Assembly: GCA_964016885.1 (NCBI GenBank)
Contig: OZ024742.1
Location: 24,986,001 to 25,050,000, forward strand
From: Eledone cirrhosa
Taxonomy: Eukaryota
Direction of reading: 5' to 3'
Length of the DNA: 64,000 nucleotides
In this document: in pieces, positions 14,401-27,370 of the stretch
Position numbering within the stretch: position 1 is the stretch's first letter
Layout of the letters: each line of letters starts with the position of its first letter
Program-made: the position numbers and the translations under genes
The notes under the pieces: generated by a model
The model's database searches: none
Seen by the model: the letters and a program-made list of their open reading frames with translations, nothing else
What the model was told of the DNA's origin: nothing

Positions 14401-17400
14401 AGAGAGGTGTAGTTGGGGTGGTACTGTATGTTGTGAGTATCTTGCTAGTTCAAGAGAGGTGTAGTTGGGGTGGTACTGTATGTTGTGAGTATCTTGCTAG
14501 TTCAAGAGAGGTGTAGGTGAGGTGGTACTGTATGTTGTGAGTATATAGTTAGTTCAAGAGAGGTGTAGTTGGGGTGGTACTGTATGTTGTGAGTATCTTG
14601 CTAGTTCAAGAGAGGTGTAGGTGGGGTGGTACTGTATGTTGTGAGTATCTAGCTAGTTCAAGAGAGGTGTAGGTCGGGTGGTAGTGTATGTTGTGAGTAT
14701 CTAGCTAGTACAAGGGAGGTGTAGGTGGGGTGGTACTGTATGTTGTGAATATGTAGCTAGTTCAAGAGAGGTGTAGGTGAGGTGGTACTGTATGTTGTGA
14801 GCATCTATCTAGTTCAAGAGAGGTGTTGGTGGGGTGGTACTGTATGTTGTGAGTATCTAGTTAGTTAAGGAGAGGTGTAGGTGGGGTGGTACTGTATGTT
14901 GTGAGTATCTAGATAGTTCAAGAGAGGTGTAGGTGGGGTGGTACTGTATGTTGTGAGTATCTAGCTAGTTCAAGAGAGGTGTAGGTGAGGTGGTACTGTA
15001 TGTTATGAGTATCTAGCTAGTTCAAGAGAGGCGTAAGTGAGGTGGTACTGTATGTTGTGAGTATCTAGTTAGTTCAAGAGAGGTGTAGGTGGGGTGGTAC
15101 TGTATGTTGTGAGTATCAAGTTAGTTAAAGAGAGGTGTAGGTGGGGTGGTACTGTATGTTGTGTGTATCTAGCTAGTTCAAGAGAAGTGTAGGTGAGGTG
15201 GTACTGTATGTTGTGAGTATCTAGCTAGTTCAAGAGAGGCGTAAGTGAGGTGGTACTGTATGTTGTGAGTATCTAGCTAGTTCAAGAGAGGTGTAGGTGG
15301 GGTGGTACTGTATGTTGTGAGTATCTAGTTAGTTCAAGAGAGGCGTAGGTGAGGTGGTACTGTATGTTGTGAGTATCTAGCTAGTTCAAGAGAGGTGTAG
15401 GTGGGGTGGTACTGTATGTTGTAAGTAACTAGCTAGTTCAAGAGAGGTGTAGGTGGGGTGGTACTGTATGTTGTGAGTATCTAGCTAGTTCAAGAGAGGT
15501 GTAGGTGGGGTGGTACTGTATGTTGTGAGTATCTAGCTAGTCCAAGAGAGGTTTAGGTGGGGTGGTACTGTATGTTGTGAGTATCTAGCTAGTTCAAGAG
15601 AGGTGTAGGTGGGGTGGTACTGTATGTTGTGAGTATCTAGCTAGTACAAGGGAGGTGTAGGTGAGGTGGTACTGTATGTTGTGAGTATCTAGCTACTTCA
15701 AGAGAAGTGTAGGTGGGGTGGTACTGTATGTTGTGAGTATCTAGCTAGTACAAGGGAGGTGTAGTTGAGGTGGTACTGTATGTTGTGAGTATCTAGTTAG
15801 TTCAAGAGAGATGTAGGTGAGGTGGTACTGTATGTTGTAAGTAACTAGCTAGTTCAAGAGAGGTGTGGGTGGGGTGGTACTGTATGTTGTGAGTATCTTG
15901 CTAGTTCAAGAGAGGTTTAGGTGGGGTGGTACTGTATGTTGTGAGTATCTAGCTAGTTCAAGAGAGGTGTAGGTGAGGTGGTACTGTACGTTGTGAGTAT
16001 CTAGTTAGTTCAAGACAGGTGTAGGTGAGGTGGTACTGTATGTTGTGAGTATCTAGTTAGTTCAATAGAGGTGTAGGTGGGATGGTACTGTATGCTGTGA
16101 GTATCAAGCTAGTTCAAGAGAGGTGTAAGTAAGGTGGTACTGTATGTTATGAGTATCTAGTTAGTTAAAGAGAGGTGTAGGTGTGGTGGTACTGTATGTT
16201 GTGAGTATCTAGTTAGTTCAATAGAGGTGTAGGTGAGGTGGTACTGTATGTTGTGAGTATCTAGCTAGTTCAAGAGAGGTGTAGGTCGGGTGGTAGTGTA
16301 TGTTGTGAGTATCTAGCTAGTACAAGGGAGGTGTAGGTGGGGTGGTACTGTATGTTGTGAATATGTAGCTAGTTCAAGAGAGGTGTAGGTGAGGTGGTAC
16401 TGTATGTTGTGAGTATCTATCTAGTTCAAGAGAGGTGTTGGTGGGGTGGTACTGTATGTTGTGAGTATCTAGTTAGTTAAGGAGAGGTGTAGGTGGGGTG
16501 GTACTGTATGTTGTGAGTATCTAGATAGTTCAAGAGAGGTGTAGGTGGGGTGGTACTGTATGTTGTGAGTATCTAGCTAGTTCAAGAGAGGTGTAGGTGA
16601 GGTGGTACTGTATGTTGTGAGTATCTAGCTAGTTCAAGAGAGGTGTAGGTGAGGTGGTACTGTATGTTGTGAGTATCTAGCTAGTACAAGAGAGGTGTAG
16701 GTGGGATGGTACTGTATGTTGTGAGTATCTAGCTAGTTCAAGAGAGGTGTAGGTGAGGTGGTACTGTATGTTGTGAGTATCTAGCTAGTACAAGAGAGGT
16801 GTAGGTGGGATGGTACTGTATGTTGTGAGTATCTAGCTAGTTCAAGAGAGGTGTAGGTGAGGTGGTACTGTATGTTGTGAGTATCTTGCTAGTTCAAGAG
16901 AGGTGTAGGTGAGGTGGTACTGTATGTTGTGAGTATCTAGCTAGTACAAGAGAGGTGTAGGTGGGATGGTACTGTATTTTGTGAGTATCTAGCTAGTTCA
17001 AGAGAGGTGTAGTTGGGGTGGTACTGTATGTTGTGAGTATCTTGCTAGTTCAAGAGAGGTGTAGTTGGGGTGGTACTGTATGTTGTGAGTATCTTGCTAG
17101 TTCAAGAGAGGTGTAGGTGAGGTGGTACTGTATGTTGTGAGTATATAGTTAGTTCAAGAGAGGTGTAGTTGGGGTGGTACTGTATGTTGTGAGTATCTTG
17201 CTAGTTCAAGAGAGGTGTAGGTGGGGTGGTACTGTATGTTGTGAGTATCTAGCTAGTTCAAGAGAGGTGTAGGTCGGGTGGTAGTGTATGTTGTGAGTAT
17301 CTAGCTAGTACAAGGGAGGTGTAGGTGGGGTGGTACTGTATGTTGTGAATATGTAGCTAGTTCAAGAGAGGTGTAGGTGAGGTGGTACTGTATGTTGTGA

Positions 17401-20400
17401 GCATCTATCTAGTTCAAGAGAGGTGTTGGTGGGGTGGTACTGTATGTTGTGAGTATCTAGTTAGTTAAGGAGAGGTGTAGGTGGGGTGGTACTGTATGTT
17501 GTGAGTATCTAGATAGTTCAAGAGAGGTGTAGGTGGGGTGGTACTGTATGTTGTGAGTATCTAGCTAGTTCAAGAGAGGTGTAGGTGAGGTGGTACTGTA
17601 TGTTATGAGTATCTAGCTAGTTCAAGAGAGGCGTAAGTGAGGTGGTACTGTATGTTGTGAGTATCTAGTTAGTTCAAGAGAGGTGTAGGTGGGGTGGTAC
17701 TGTATGTTGTGAGTATCAAGTTAGTTAAAGAGAGGTGTAGGTGGGGTGGTACTGTATGTTGTGTGTATCTAGCTAGTTCAAGAGAAGTGTAGGTGAGGTG
17801 GTACTGTATGTTGTGAGTATCTAGCTAGTTCAAGAGAGGCGTAAGTGAGGTGGTACTGTATGTTGTGAGTATCTAGCTAGTTCAAGAGAGGTGTGGGTGG
17901 GGTGGTACTGTATGTTGTGAGTATCTTGCTAGTTCAAGAGAGGTTTAGGTGGGGTGGTACTGTATGTTGTGAGTATCTAGCTAGTTCAAGAGAGGTGTAG
18001 GTGAGGTGGTACTGTAGGTTGTGAGTATCTAGTTAGTTCAAGACAGGTGTAGGTGAGGTGGTACTGTATGTTGTGAGTATCTAGTTAGTTCAATAGAGGT
18101 GTAGGTGGGATGGTACTGTATGCTGTGAGTATCAAGCTAGTTCAAGAGAGGTGTAAGTAAGGTGGTACTGTATGTTATGAGTATCTAGTTAGTTAAAGAG
18201 AGGGGTAGGTGTGGTGGTACTGTATGTTGTGAGTATCTAGTTAGTTCAATAGAGGTGTTGGTGGGGTGGTACTGTATGTTGTGAGTATCTAGCTAGTTCA
18301 AGAGAAGTGTAGGTGAGGTGGTACTGTATGTTGTGAGTATCTAGCTATTTCAAGAGAGGTGTAGGTGGGGTGGTACTGTATGTTGTGAGTATCTAGCTAG
18401 TACAAGGGAGGTGTAGGTGGGGAGGTACTGTATGTTGTGAGTATCTAGCTAGTTCAAGAGAAGTGTAGGTCGGGTGGTAGTGTATGTTGTGAGTATCTAG
18501 CTAGTACAAGGGAGGTGTAGGTGGGGTGGTACTGTATGTTGTGAATATGTAGCTAGTTCAAGAGAGGTGTAGGTGAGGTGGTACTGTATGTTGTGAGTAT
18601 CTATCTAGTTCAAGAGAGGTGTTGGTGGGGTGGTACTGTATGTTGTGAGTATCTAGTTAGTTAAGGAGAGGTGTAGGTGGGGTGGTACTGTATGTTGTGA
18701 GTATCTAGATAGTTCAAGAGAGGTGTAGGTGGGGTGGTACTGTATGTTGTGAGTATCTAGCTAGTTCAAGAGAGGTGTAGGTGAGGTGGTACTGTATGTT
18801 GTGAGTATCTAGCTAGTTCAAGAGAGGTGTAGGTGAGGTGGTACTGTATGTTGTGAGTATCTAGCTAGTACAAGAGAGGTGTAGGTGGGATGGTACTGTA
18901 TGTTGTGAGTATCTAGCTAGTTCAAGAGAGGTGTAGGTGAGGTGGTACTGTATGTTGTGAGTATCTAGCTAGTACAAGAGAGGTGTAGGTGGGATGGTAC
19001 TGTATGTTGTGAGTATCTAGCTAGTTCAAGAGAGGTGTAGGTGAGGTGGTACTGTATGTTGTGAGTATCTTGCTAGTTCAAGAGAGGTGTAGGTGAGGTG
19101 GTACTGTATGTTGTGAGTATCTAGCTAGTACAAGAGAGGTGTAGGTGGGATGGTACTGTATGTTGTGAGTATCTAGCTAGTTCAAGAGAGGTGTAGTTGG
19201 GGTGGTACTGTATGTTGTGAGTATCTTGCTAGTTCAAGAGAGGTGTAGTTGGGGTGGTACTGTATGTTGTGAGTATCTTGCTAGTTCAAGAGAGGTGTAG
19301 GTGAGGTGGTACTGTATGTTGTGAGTATATAGTTAGTTCAAGAGAGGTGTAGTTGGGGTGGTACTGTATGTTGTGAGTATCTTGCTAGTTCAAGAGAGGT
19401 GTAGGTGGGGTGGTACTGTATGTTGTGAGTATCTAGCTAGTTCAAGAGAGGTGTAGGTCGGGTGGTAGTGTATGTTGTGAGTATCTAGCTAGTACAAGGG
19501 AGGTGTAGGTGGGGTGGTACTGTATGTTGTGAATATGTAGCTAGTTCAAGAGAGGTGTAGGTGAGGTGGTACTGTATGTTGTGAGCATCTATCTAGTTCA
19601 AGAGAGGTGTTGGTGGGGTGGTACTGTATGTTGTGAGTATCTAGTTAGTTCAAGAGAGGTGTAGGTGAGGTGGTACTGTATGTTGTGAGTATCTAGATAG
19701 TTCAAGAGAGGTGTAGGTGGGGTGGTACTGTATGTTGTGAGTATCTAGCTAGTTCAAGAGAGGTGTAGGTGAGGTGGTACTGTATGTTGTGAGTATCTAG
19801 TTAGTTAAGGAGAGGTGTAGGTGGGGTGGTACTGTATGTTGTGAGTATCTAGCTAGTTCAAGAGAGGTGTAGGTGAGGTGGTACTGTATGTTATGAGTAT
19901 CTAGCTAGTTCAAGAGAGGCGTAAGTGAGGTGGTACTGTATGTTGTGAGTATCTAGTTAGTTCAAGAGAGGTGTAGGTGGGGTGGTACTGTATGTTGTGA
20001 GTATCAAGTTAGTTAAAGAGAGGTGTAGTTGGGGTGGTACTGTATGTTGTGTGTATCTAGCTAGTTCAAGAGAAGTGTAGGTGAGGTGGTACTGTATGTT
20101 GTGAGTATCTAGCTAGTTCAAGAGAGGCGTAAGTGAGGTGGTACTGTATGTTGTGAGTATCTAGCTAGTTCAAGAGAGGTGTAGGTGGGGTGGTACTGTA
20201 TGTTGTGAGTATCTAGTTAGTTCAAGAGAGGCGTAGGTGAGGTGGTACTGTATGTTGTGAGTATCTAGCTAGTTCAAGAGAGGTGTAGTTGGGGTGGTAC
20301 TGTATGTTGTAAGTAACTAGCTAGTTCAAGAGAGGTGTAGGTGGGGTGGTACTGTATGTTGTGAGTATCTAGCTAGTTCAAGAGAGGTGTAGGTGGGGTG

Positions 20401-20901
20401 GTACTGTATGTTGTGAGTATCTAGCTAGTCCAAGAGAGGTTTAGGTGGGGTGGTACTGTATGTTGTGAGTATCTAGCTAGTTCAAGAGAGGTGTAGGTGG
20501 GGTGGTACTGTATGTTGTGAGTATCTAGCTAGTTCAAGAGAAGTGTAGGTGAGGTGGTACTGTATGTTGTGAGTATCTAGCTAGTTCAAGAGAGGTGTAG
20601 GTGGGATGGTACTGTATGTTGTGAGTATCTAGCTAGTACAAGGGAGGTGTAGGTGGGGTGGTACTGTATGTTGTGAGTATATAGCTAGTTCACAGAGGTG
20701 TAGGTGAGGTGGTACTGTATGTTGTGAATATCTAGCTAGTACAAGAGAGGTGTAGGTGGGATGGTACTGTATGTTGTGAATATCTAGCTAGTTCAAGAGA
20801 GGTGTAGGTGGGATGGTACTGTATGTTGTGAGTATCTAGCTAGTTCAAGAGAGGTGTAGGTGAGGTGGTACTGTATGTGCTATATACCTATCTAGTTCAA
20901 A
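8480..20901. repeat. 52-bp tandem satellite/minisatellite array, ~238 copies
   Basis: Unit GGTGGTACTGTATGTTGTGAGTATCTAGCTAGTTCAAGAGAGGTGTAGGTG(A/G); register recurs every 780 bp (15 units); no spacers, no ORF. Confidence 0.99.
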
Positions 20902-21019
20902 GGAACAAAGTCCTAGTTTTTTGTAAAATTGTCAGAGAAGAAACAGCATGTCTGCAAAACATGGCAGAATCTTGTTGCTGAGTAAGCAATTGTCAATTAG
21001 TTGTATTGTTTTGGGGAAG

Positions 21020-22820
21020 CTGTGTATGTGTGTGCATATGTGTGTATGTGCATTTGTGTGTGTGTGACAGCACTATCTCTGGTATGTGGTCTAGGTGTGT
21101 GTGTGTGTGGCTGCACTCTCTTGTATGTGGTAAATATGTGTGTGTGTATGTGGCAGGACTCTCTTTTATGTAGTAAATATGTGTGTGTGTGTATATGTGT
21201 TTATGTGGCAGCACTCTCTTGTATGTGGTAAATACGTGTGTGTGTGCGTGTATGTGTGTGTGTGGCAGCACTCTCTTGTATGTGGTCCTGATATGTGTGT
21301 GTGTGTGTGACAACACTATCTCTTGTATGTGATCTAAATGTGTGTAAGTATGTGTGTGTGTGTGACTGCACTATCTCTGGTGTGTGGTCCAGATATGTAT
21401 GTAATAATGTGTGTGTATATGTGTGTCTCTGGAATGGAGTGTGGTGTAATGTGGTGTAGCTGTGTGAGCATATATATGTGTGTGTATGTGTGTATATATA
21501 TGTGTGTGTATATATATGTGTGTGTATATATATGTGTGTGTATATATATGTGTGTGTGTATATGTGTGTGTGTGTATGTGTGTATATGTATGTGTGTGTG
21601 TATATATGTGTGTGTGTATATATGTGTATGTGTATATATGTGTGTGTGTATATATATATATATGCGTGTGTATATATATGTATGTGTATATATATATATA
21701 TATGTGTGTGTATCTATATGTGTGTGTATATATGCGTGTGTGTGTATATATATGTATGTGTATATATATATATGTGTGTATATATATATGTGTGTATATA
21801 TATATATATACATATGTGTGTGTGTATATATATATATATATATGTGTGTGTGTATATATGTGTGTGTGTGTATATATGTGTGTATATATATGTGTGTGTA
21901 TATATATATATATATGTGTGTGTATATATATGTGTGTGTGTGTATATATATGTGTGTGTATATATATGTGTGTGTGTATATATATGTGTGTGTGTATATA
22001 TATATGTGTGTGTATATATATATATATGTGTGTGTAAATATGTTGGCCACCACTTTCTCCTATGTGGTCTGCACTGTAATATGGTATAGATGTGTGAGAG
22101 AGTGTATATATGTGTGTAACAGCACTATCTTTCATGTGGTCTAGATGTATATGTAATAATGTGTGTGTGTAACAGCACTATCTCTGTTATGTGCTCCAGC
22201 TGTGTATGAGAGTGTGTTCATGTGTGTGAGAGTTTGTATGTGTGTGTAACAACCGTACTATGCCAGATATATAAACAGTATAGTAATGTGTATCAAAGTT
22301 GTTTGTGTCTGTGTGTTTAACATCATCTGTGTTTGATATGTGAGGAGTGTTACAAGGAATGTGTACATATACACATGTGTGTAACAGCCGTGTAGTGTTG
22401 TAATGTGTGTGGTCTGGCTGGCTGTGTGTGTGGTCTGGGATGTGTGTGTGTTGTCTGAGGTATGTGTGTGTGGTCTGGGATGTGTGTGTGTTGTCTGAGG
22501 TGTGTGCGTGGTCTGAGATGTGTGTGTGTGGTCTGGGATGTGTGTGTGTTGTCTAAGGTGTGTGCGTGGTCTGAGATGTGTGTGTGTGTGCGTGGTCAGG
22601 GATGTGTGTGTGGTCGGGGATGTGTGTGTGTGTGTGGTCTGGGATGTGTGTATGTATAGTCTGGGATGTGTGTGTGTGTGTGGTCTGGGATGGGTGTGTG
22701 TATCTGTGAGTGTATGTGCATGTGGTATGGGATGTGCATGTGTGTGGTCTGGGATGTGTGTGTGTGTGTGGTCTGAGATGTGTGTGTGTTTTTTGAGGTG
22801 TGTGTGTCTGTGAGATGTGT
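21020..22820. repeat. compound TG/TA microsatellite with minisatellite motifs (CAGCACTCTCTTGTATGTGG; GTGGTCTGGGATGTGT)
   Basis: Repeated motifs separated by variable (TG)n. Confidence 0.9.
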
Positions 22821-22958
22821 GCAGTAGACCATCTTAGATTTACATGCTACACCAATGTGTACAATATTTCTAATGAAAGATATTGCTTATTTTGAAAATA
22901 ACCAAAACTTTGGAGGGGTTTAGTAATATAGATATCTCATTATTAAGCTAGGGTGATT

Positions 22959-23322
22959 GGTGGATTGGCAGTATCGGTAGAGGGTCGGACGCCATGTTAG
23001 GTTGGTGGATTGGCAGTATCGGTAGAGGGTCGGATGCCATGTTAGGTTGGTGGATTGGCAGTATCGGTAGAGGGTCGGACGCTATGTTAGGTTGGTGGAT
23101 TGGCAGTATCGGTAGAGGGTCGGACGCCATGTTAGGTTGGTGGATTGGCAGTATCGGTAGAGGGTCGGACGCCATGCTTTCCAGCATAGTTATGTCCCTT
23201 TACGGTCTGAATTCAAATCCCGTCAAGGTCAACTTTGCCTTTCATCCTTACGGGGTCGATAAAATAAAGTACCAGTAATGCACTGGGTAATTGCTGGCCT
23301 TGTACCAAAAGTAGAAACATTA
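22959..23322 (+). mobile_element. SINE family A with five tandem copies of its 45-bp 5' head
   Basis: Units start at 22959, 23004, 23049, 23094 and 23139 (the last continues into the full SINE); CATTATTAAGCTAGGGT at 22938-22954 and 23318-23334. Confidence 0.9.
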
Positions 23323-23337
23323 TTAAGCTAGGGTTTA

Positions 23338-23760
23338 GGGTGATGGATTGGCAGTATCGGTAGAGCATCAGACTACCTGCTTTGTGGCATGATGTTATGT
23401 CAGTTTATGTTTTAATTTCAAATCCCACCAAGGTTAGCTTAGTCTTTAATCCTTACTGAGTTGATAAAATAAAGTACCAGTTACACATTGGGATCATTTC
23501 ATTTGACTTTCCTCTCCCCCAAATCATTGGCCTTGTGCTTAAATCAGAAACCATTATTCAGCTGGAATTTAGGGCAGATGATTGGCAGAATTGTTAGTAC
23601 ATTGGACAAAATGTATTGTTGTATTTAGTTACTGCCCTTTATGTTCTGAGTTCAAATCACACAGAGATCAAATTTGCTTTTCATCTTTAGGGGATCAATA
23701 AAATATAATATCAATCATGTACTGGGATTGGTGTATTTCATTTCTTTCCTCCCCGACAAA
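23338..23760 (+). mobile_element. two older head-to-tail SINE family A copies
   Basis: Diverged matches to the family A head, B box and core. Confidence 0.8.
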
Positions 23761-24800
23761 TCTAAACCCTTTAAAACAATCAGTTTTGTATCAGAAAACC
23801 ATGGGTAGTTTCAGTCAGTTTAATATTAAAAGAATTAAACCTTGTAGGTCACCAACTGTACATGACTTAAATATTTTCTTGTCTCTATAAGATATAGTAC
23901 CCTTTCAGAATCAGTTTTGGGAATATAATCATCATCATCATCATCATCATCATTTAATGTCTATCTTCCACACTAGCATGGGTTTAATATAGGTGGTATT
24001 ACTATGAGAGATTTGGGTTACATTGTGATGTTGTTTATATGGAGAGGATAATGTCCAGGCTGTTTCCTATATATGTATAGGAGTTGATGTTGTTTATATG
24101 TAGAGGATAATGTACAAGGCTCTTTCCTCTATATATATATATATATATATAGTGTTTGTTGTTGTAGTTATTGAAGATCTCTTCTTTACACTGAAGGTTT
24201 TTCACAAGGTTTCTCTTCATGGACATAATGTCATGGACACAATGTATTTACAATCTTATTCTTTATGTTTCAATATATTAGCATATACACTGCTGAGTGG
24301 GAAAATAAATATTTAGATTAACTCCTATATAATTACGCAGACAAAAACACACTCAGACACACACATATATACATACACAGAGGCATATATAAGAATGCAC
24401 GAACCCTCTTCTTCAATATTATCATAATTTCACATCCGTTTTCACAGTTAGCAACGGTTGGACAGGTTGTTATGGATTGAGTCAGTATTTAATCTGAGCT
24501 ACAGACTTCTCAATAAATAGACACATACACACACACACTGACACAAATGTATATACATATATTTACACAAATACCTACACACACATGTACACACCCACAT
24601 GTACACATACACATGTATACACACATACATACATACACATACCCACACATATACACATGAATGTATATATACACACATATGTACACTTAAAAATGCACAC
24701 ACACATGTCTATGTACACAAATACATATGCACTATGTATACATATATGTACACTTAGAAACAAATTCAAACATATTCTTACATGCATGTATACATACACA

Positions 24801-25109
24801 CAGGGCTGTATTTAATGCAGGGCACAGGGGGCAATTGCTCTGGACACCCTGCAGTGAGGGGCCCTACCAGGGATGGCTGTAGCAATTTATTTGTGATTTC
24901 AACTGAGCTTTTCTGTTTTAGGAAGGTTAGAATTTCTTAATTCAATAACTGAATTTATAACTGTACGATTTCAATTATTTGTGTCAAACTAACTTTGATA
25001 TGTAACATTGGGGGGTTTGTTGTGTATTCTATATTTCTTTTGTGTATGAGTACCCCCACCCCCAAACCTGAAGTGCCCCAGGCACCCTTCAGGTCTAAAT
25101 CTAACCCTA
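24801..25109. mobile_element. hAT-type MITE
   Basis: Imperfect TIRs CAGGGCTGTATTTA / TAAATCTAACCCTA; 8-bp TSD CATACACA at 24793-24800 and 25110-25117. Confidence 0.8.
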
Positions 25110-26054
25110 CATACACAAAACCCTATTATATATATGAAAGGTATATCAATTAAATGAAATGGAATGAAATGTAATTGACCTCTGTGGTTTGATGATGAAT
25201 ATTCCAGTTGTTTGTTCAAAAGAACAGCCTGCTTCTGAAGCTAATGTGTAGATGATTTAGCATTCTAAAGCTTTGTGAACTCTTAATGTAACTATTAGGA
25301 AGAATCAGCATGTCACGATGTGTGTCAATGTTGGTTGACTGGTTCAATCACAGGTACAGTTCATGTTTACCAGTTGTGTGGACAGACGTAATGGGAAATA
25401 AAGTGTCTTGCTCAAAGACGCAATAAGCCATCAAGAATTGAACTCATGATATTTGCATCATGAGACGAACACTCTAACCACAGAACTATGCATATTTACT
25501 ATCAATTGACTAACACTTAAGAAAAACACACAGTACATAATTCACATACATCAACACAATACACACACAATGTATATATACCACCATCACCACCAACACC
25601 ACCCCTACTCCTCTTCATTCTACCTCTCACCTGTCCATAATTAGTAGCTACTGCAATTTTCTCTATATCTATAGACAGAGATATTTTCAATCCTAACCAC
25701 TGGAAATAAATCCCAATTCCATAGAAACCAACAGAGAGAGATTAAATTAGTTTACAGTGTAAGATCTTTGATTACATTTCACTAACTTTTTCCCTGCCAA
25801 TCAACATTGTTTCTATAGACACTACCTTTATTACCATCTCCCCCACACCACGTAACACCACACCGCCACTGTCATCTTTTTCAAACTTTTGAATGCAATC
25901 CATAGTTTGTTTTTATCAATTCTTACGAAATAAAGCAGATTATGAAGTTCATAGAAAATCTAAGAAGGTCAGACACATAGAATAACTGTAAATACAGTCA
26001 GTTGCTATAAATAATAGCTAGGAAAATAAGATAAAATACCCCTAGAGACAAAAG

Positions 26055-26350
26055 AAATTGGTCATGTGTTTGGGTGACATGATAATGGAGACTGTACATC
26101 ATCCATTCTTGGGTGTCTTGGTCTTATGAGATGGCACAGTCTTGTTGGCAGGTGTACGATCTTCTTTTGCTCATAATCTCTAGCCTCTTTACAATACTTT
26201 ATAGTCAGCAGCATTGGCCTTTAAGCCCTGAGAAAAGAGGTTAGGAGTCATGACACCTTCCTCTTTGTTCATGATTCCCAGAACCAACACAGTTGCTGGA
26301 AAATCAGAGTGCATGACTGTTTGAAACTCTCTAGGGTCTCTGCATGACCA
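26055..26350 (-). pseudogene. Tc1/mariner-superfamily (maT/DD37D-like) transposase remnant
   Basis: Minus strand reads TVMHSDFPATVLVLGIMNKEEGVMTPNLFSQGLKANAADYKVL* then ..YTCQQDCA..TPQEWM..HVT, matching FPASVMVxG..VMPP.FF..GL.VN..Y and FQQDSAP motifs; stops and frameshifts. Confidence 0.75.
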
Positions 26351-27370
26351 TTTTGGCATGTGGTAATGGGGCTGAGCATTTCAGTTTTGGGAGTCAATGG
26401 AATGGCCTGCTCAACAAGTCACTGAGTATTCTACAGACACATGTCCACTTCACAAGGACATTCAGCATAACATGACTGGCACTTTGGATTACAGGTACAG
26501 CCCGTATGTTGGATTTTTAAGCAGTTTCCAGCTACCGAATTTTACTCCCAGAAGTACATTAGCCTCATTCTTTAGTAGAAAACATTTCAAGATTCCACAT
26601 AGTGGGATCAAATCAGAAATTCAGACACTGTTTTTAGAAGAGGATGCCCTTCCTAATGCCAACCACATCATATACCATGTGTGTTTTATAATGTCACTGC
26701 TACTACCACATGATAGATGTCATTAGTTGCAATTTATCAATGTATCAGTCCTACCAATTTACAGAATTGGTTAGGTGCATTTTATCAAGGCACCAGCACC
26801 ACCAATTTACACAAGAGGTTGAATGCATTTTATCATGGCACCAGCACGACCAGTTTATGGAGTTGACTGAGTACATTTTTTCATGACATCAGTTCTACCA
26901 TTTTACAGATTTGGTTGAGTGCATATTATTATGGTAACAGTGTAAAATACCTGCCTAATAGCAACAACATCATTTAAAAGTTATTTTAAAGTTAACACCA
27001 CAAGTTTGTATGTATGATATTTATGTATGTATGTATGTATGTTCTTCTGGTTTTATTCATTTTTACCGATAGAGAGAGAGTCAATTTTTAACGTAGACAT
27101 AATACTCTTTCATGGGAATTTAGACAACATCAACTAGATTAATATGTATTATGTATGTGTTTGTATGTGTTTGTGTGTATAGATGTTATTGCATGTGAGG
27201 ATCAGCATGTTTTAAGTTATATGTGTACACGTGCATATGATTCTGTGTCTATACATGTGTACATGTAGATATTATAGGCAGAATTTCTGAAATGTATTAT
27301 ATATTTTTACAGTACCATTAATTGACTGTACTTGCAACTTCCTAACCTCTTTCTGGTTTTGTCTGTAATC

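Noticed and set aside
8480-20901. CRISPR array or repetitive coding exon
   Set aside because: Units are contiguous with no unique spacers, there are no cas genes, the context is eukaryotic, and 52 is not a multiple of 3, with frequent stops and no ORF in the track
20890-20990. Possible exon at the right edge of the array
   Set aside because: The minus-strand candidate has stops in all three frames; the plus-strand candidate has a weak acceptor and no recognisable product
22948-23278. 15-aa repeat ORFs (MLGWWIGSIGRGSDA / MASDPLPILPIHQPN)
   Set aside because: By-product of the 45-bp SINE head repeat
23329-23341. Telomere-like TTAGGG
   Set aside because: Only one or two imperfect units; expected by chance
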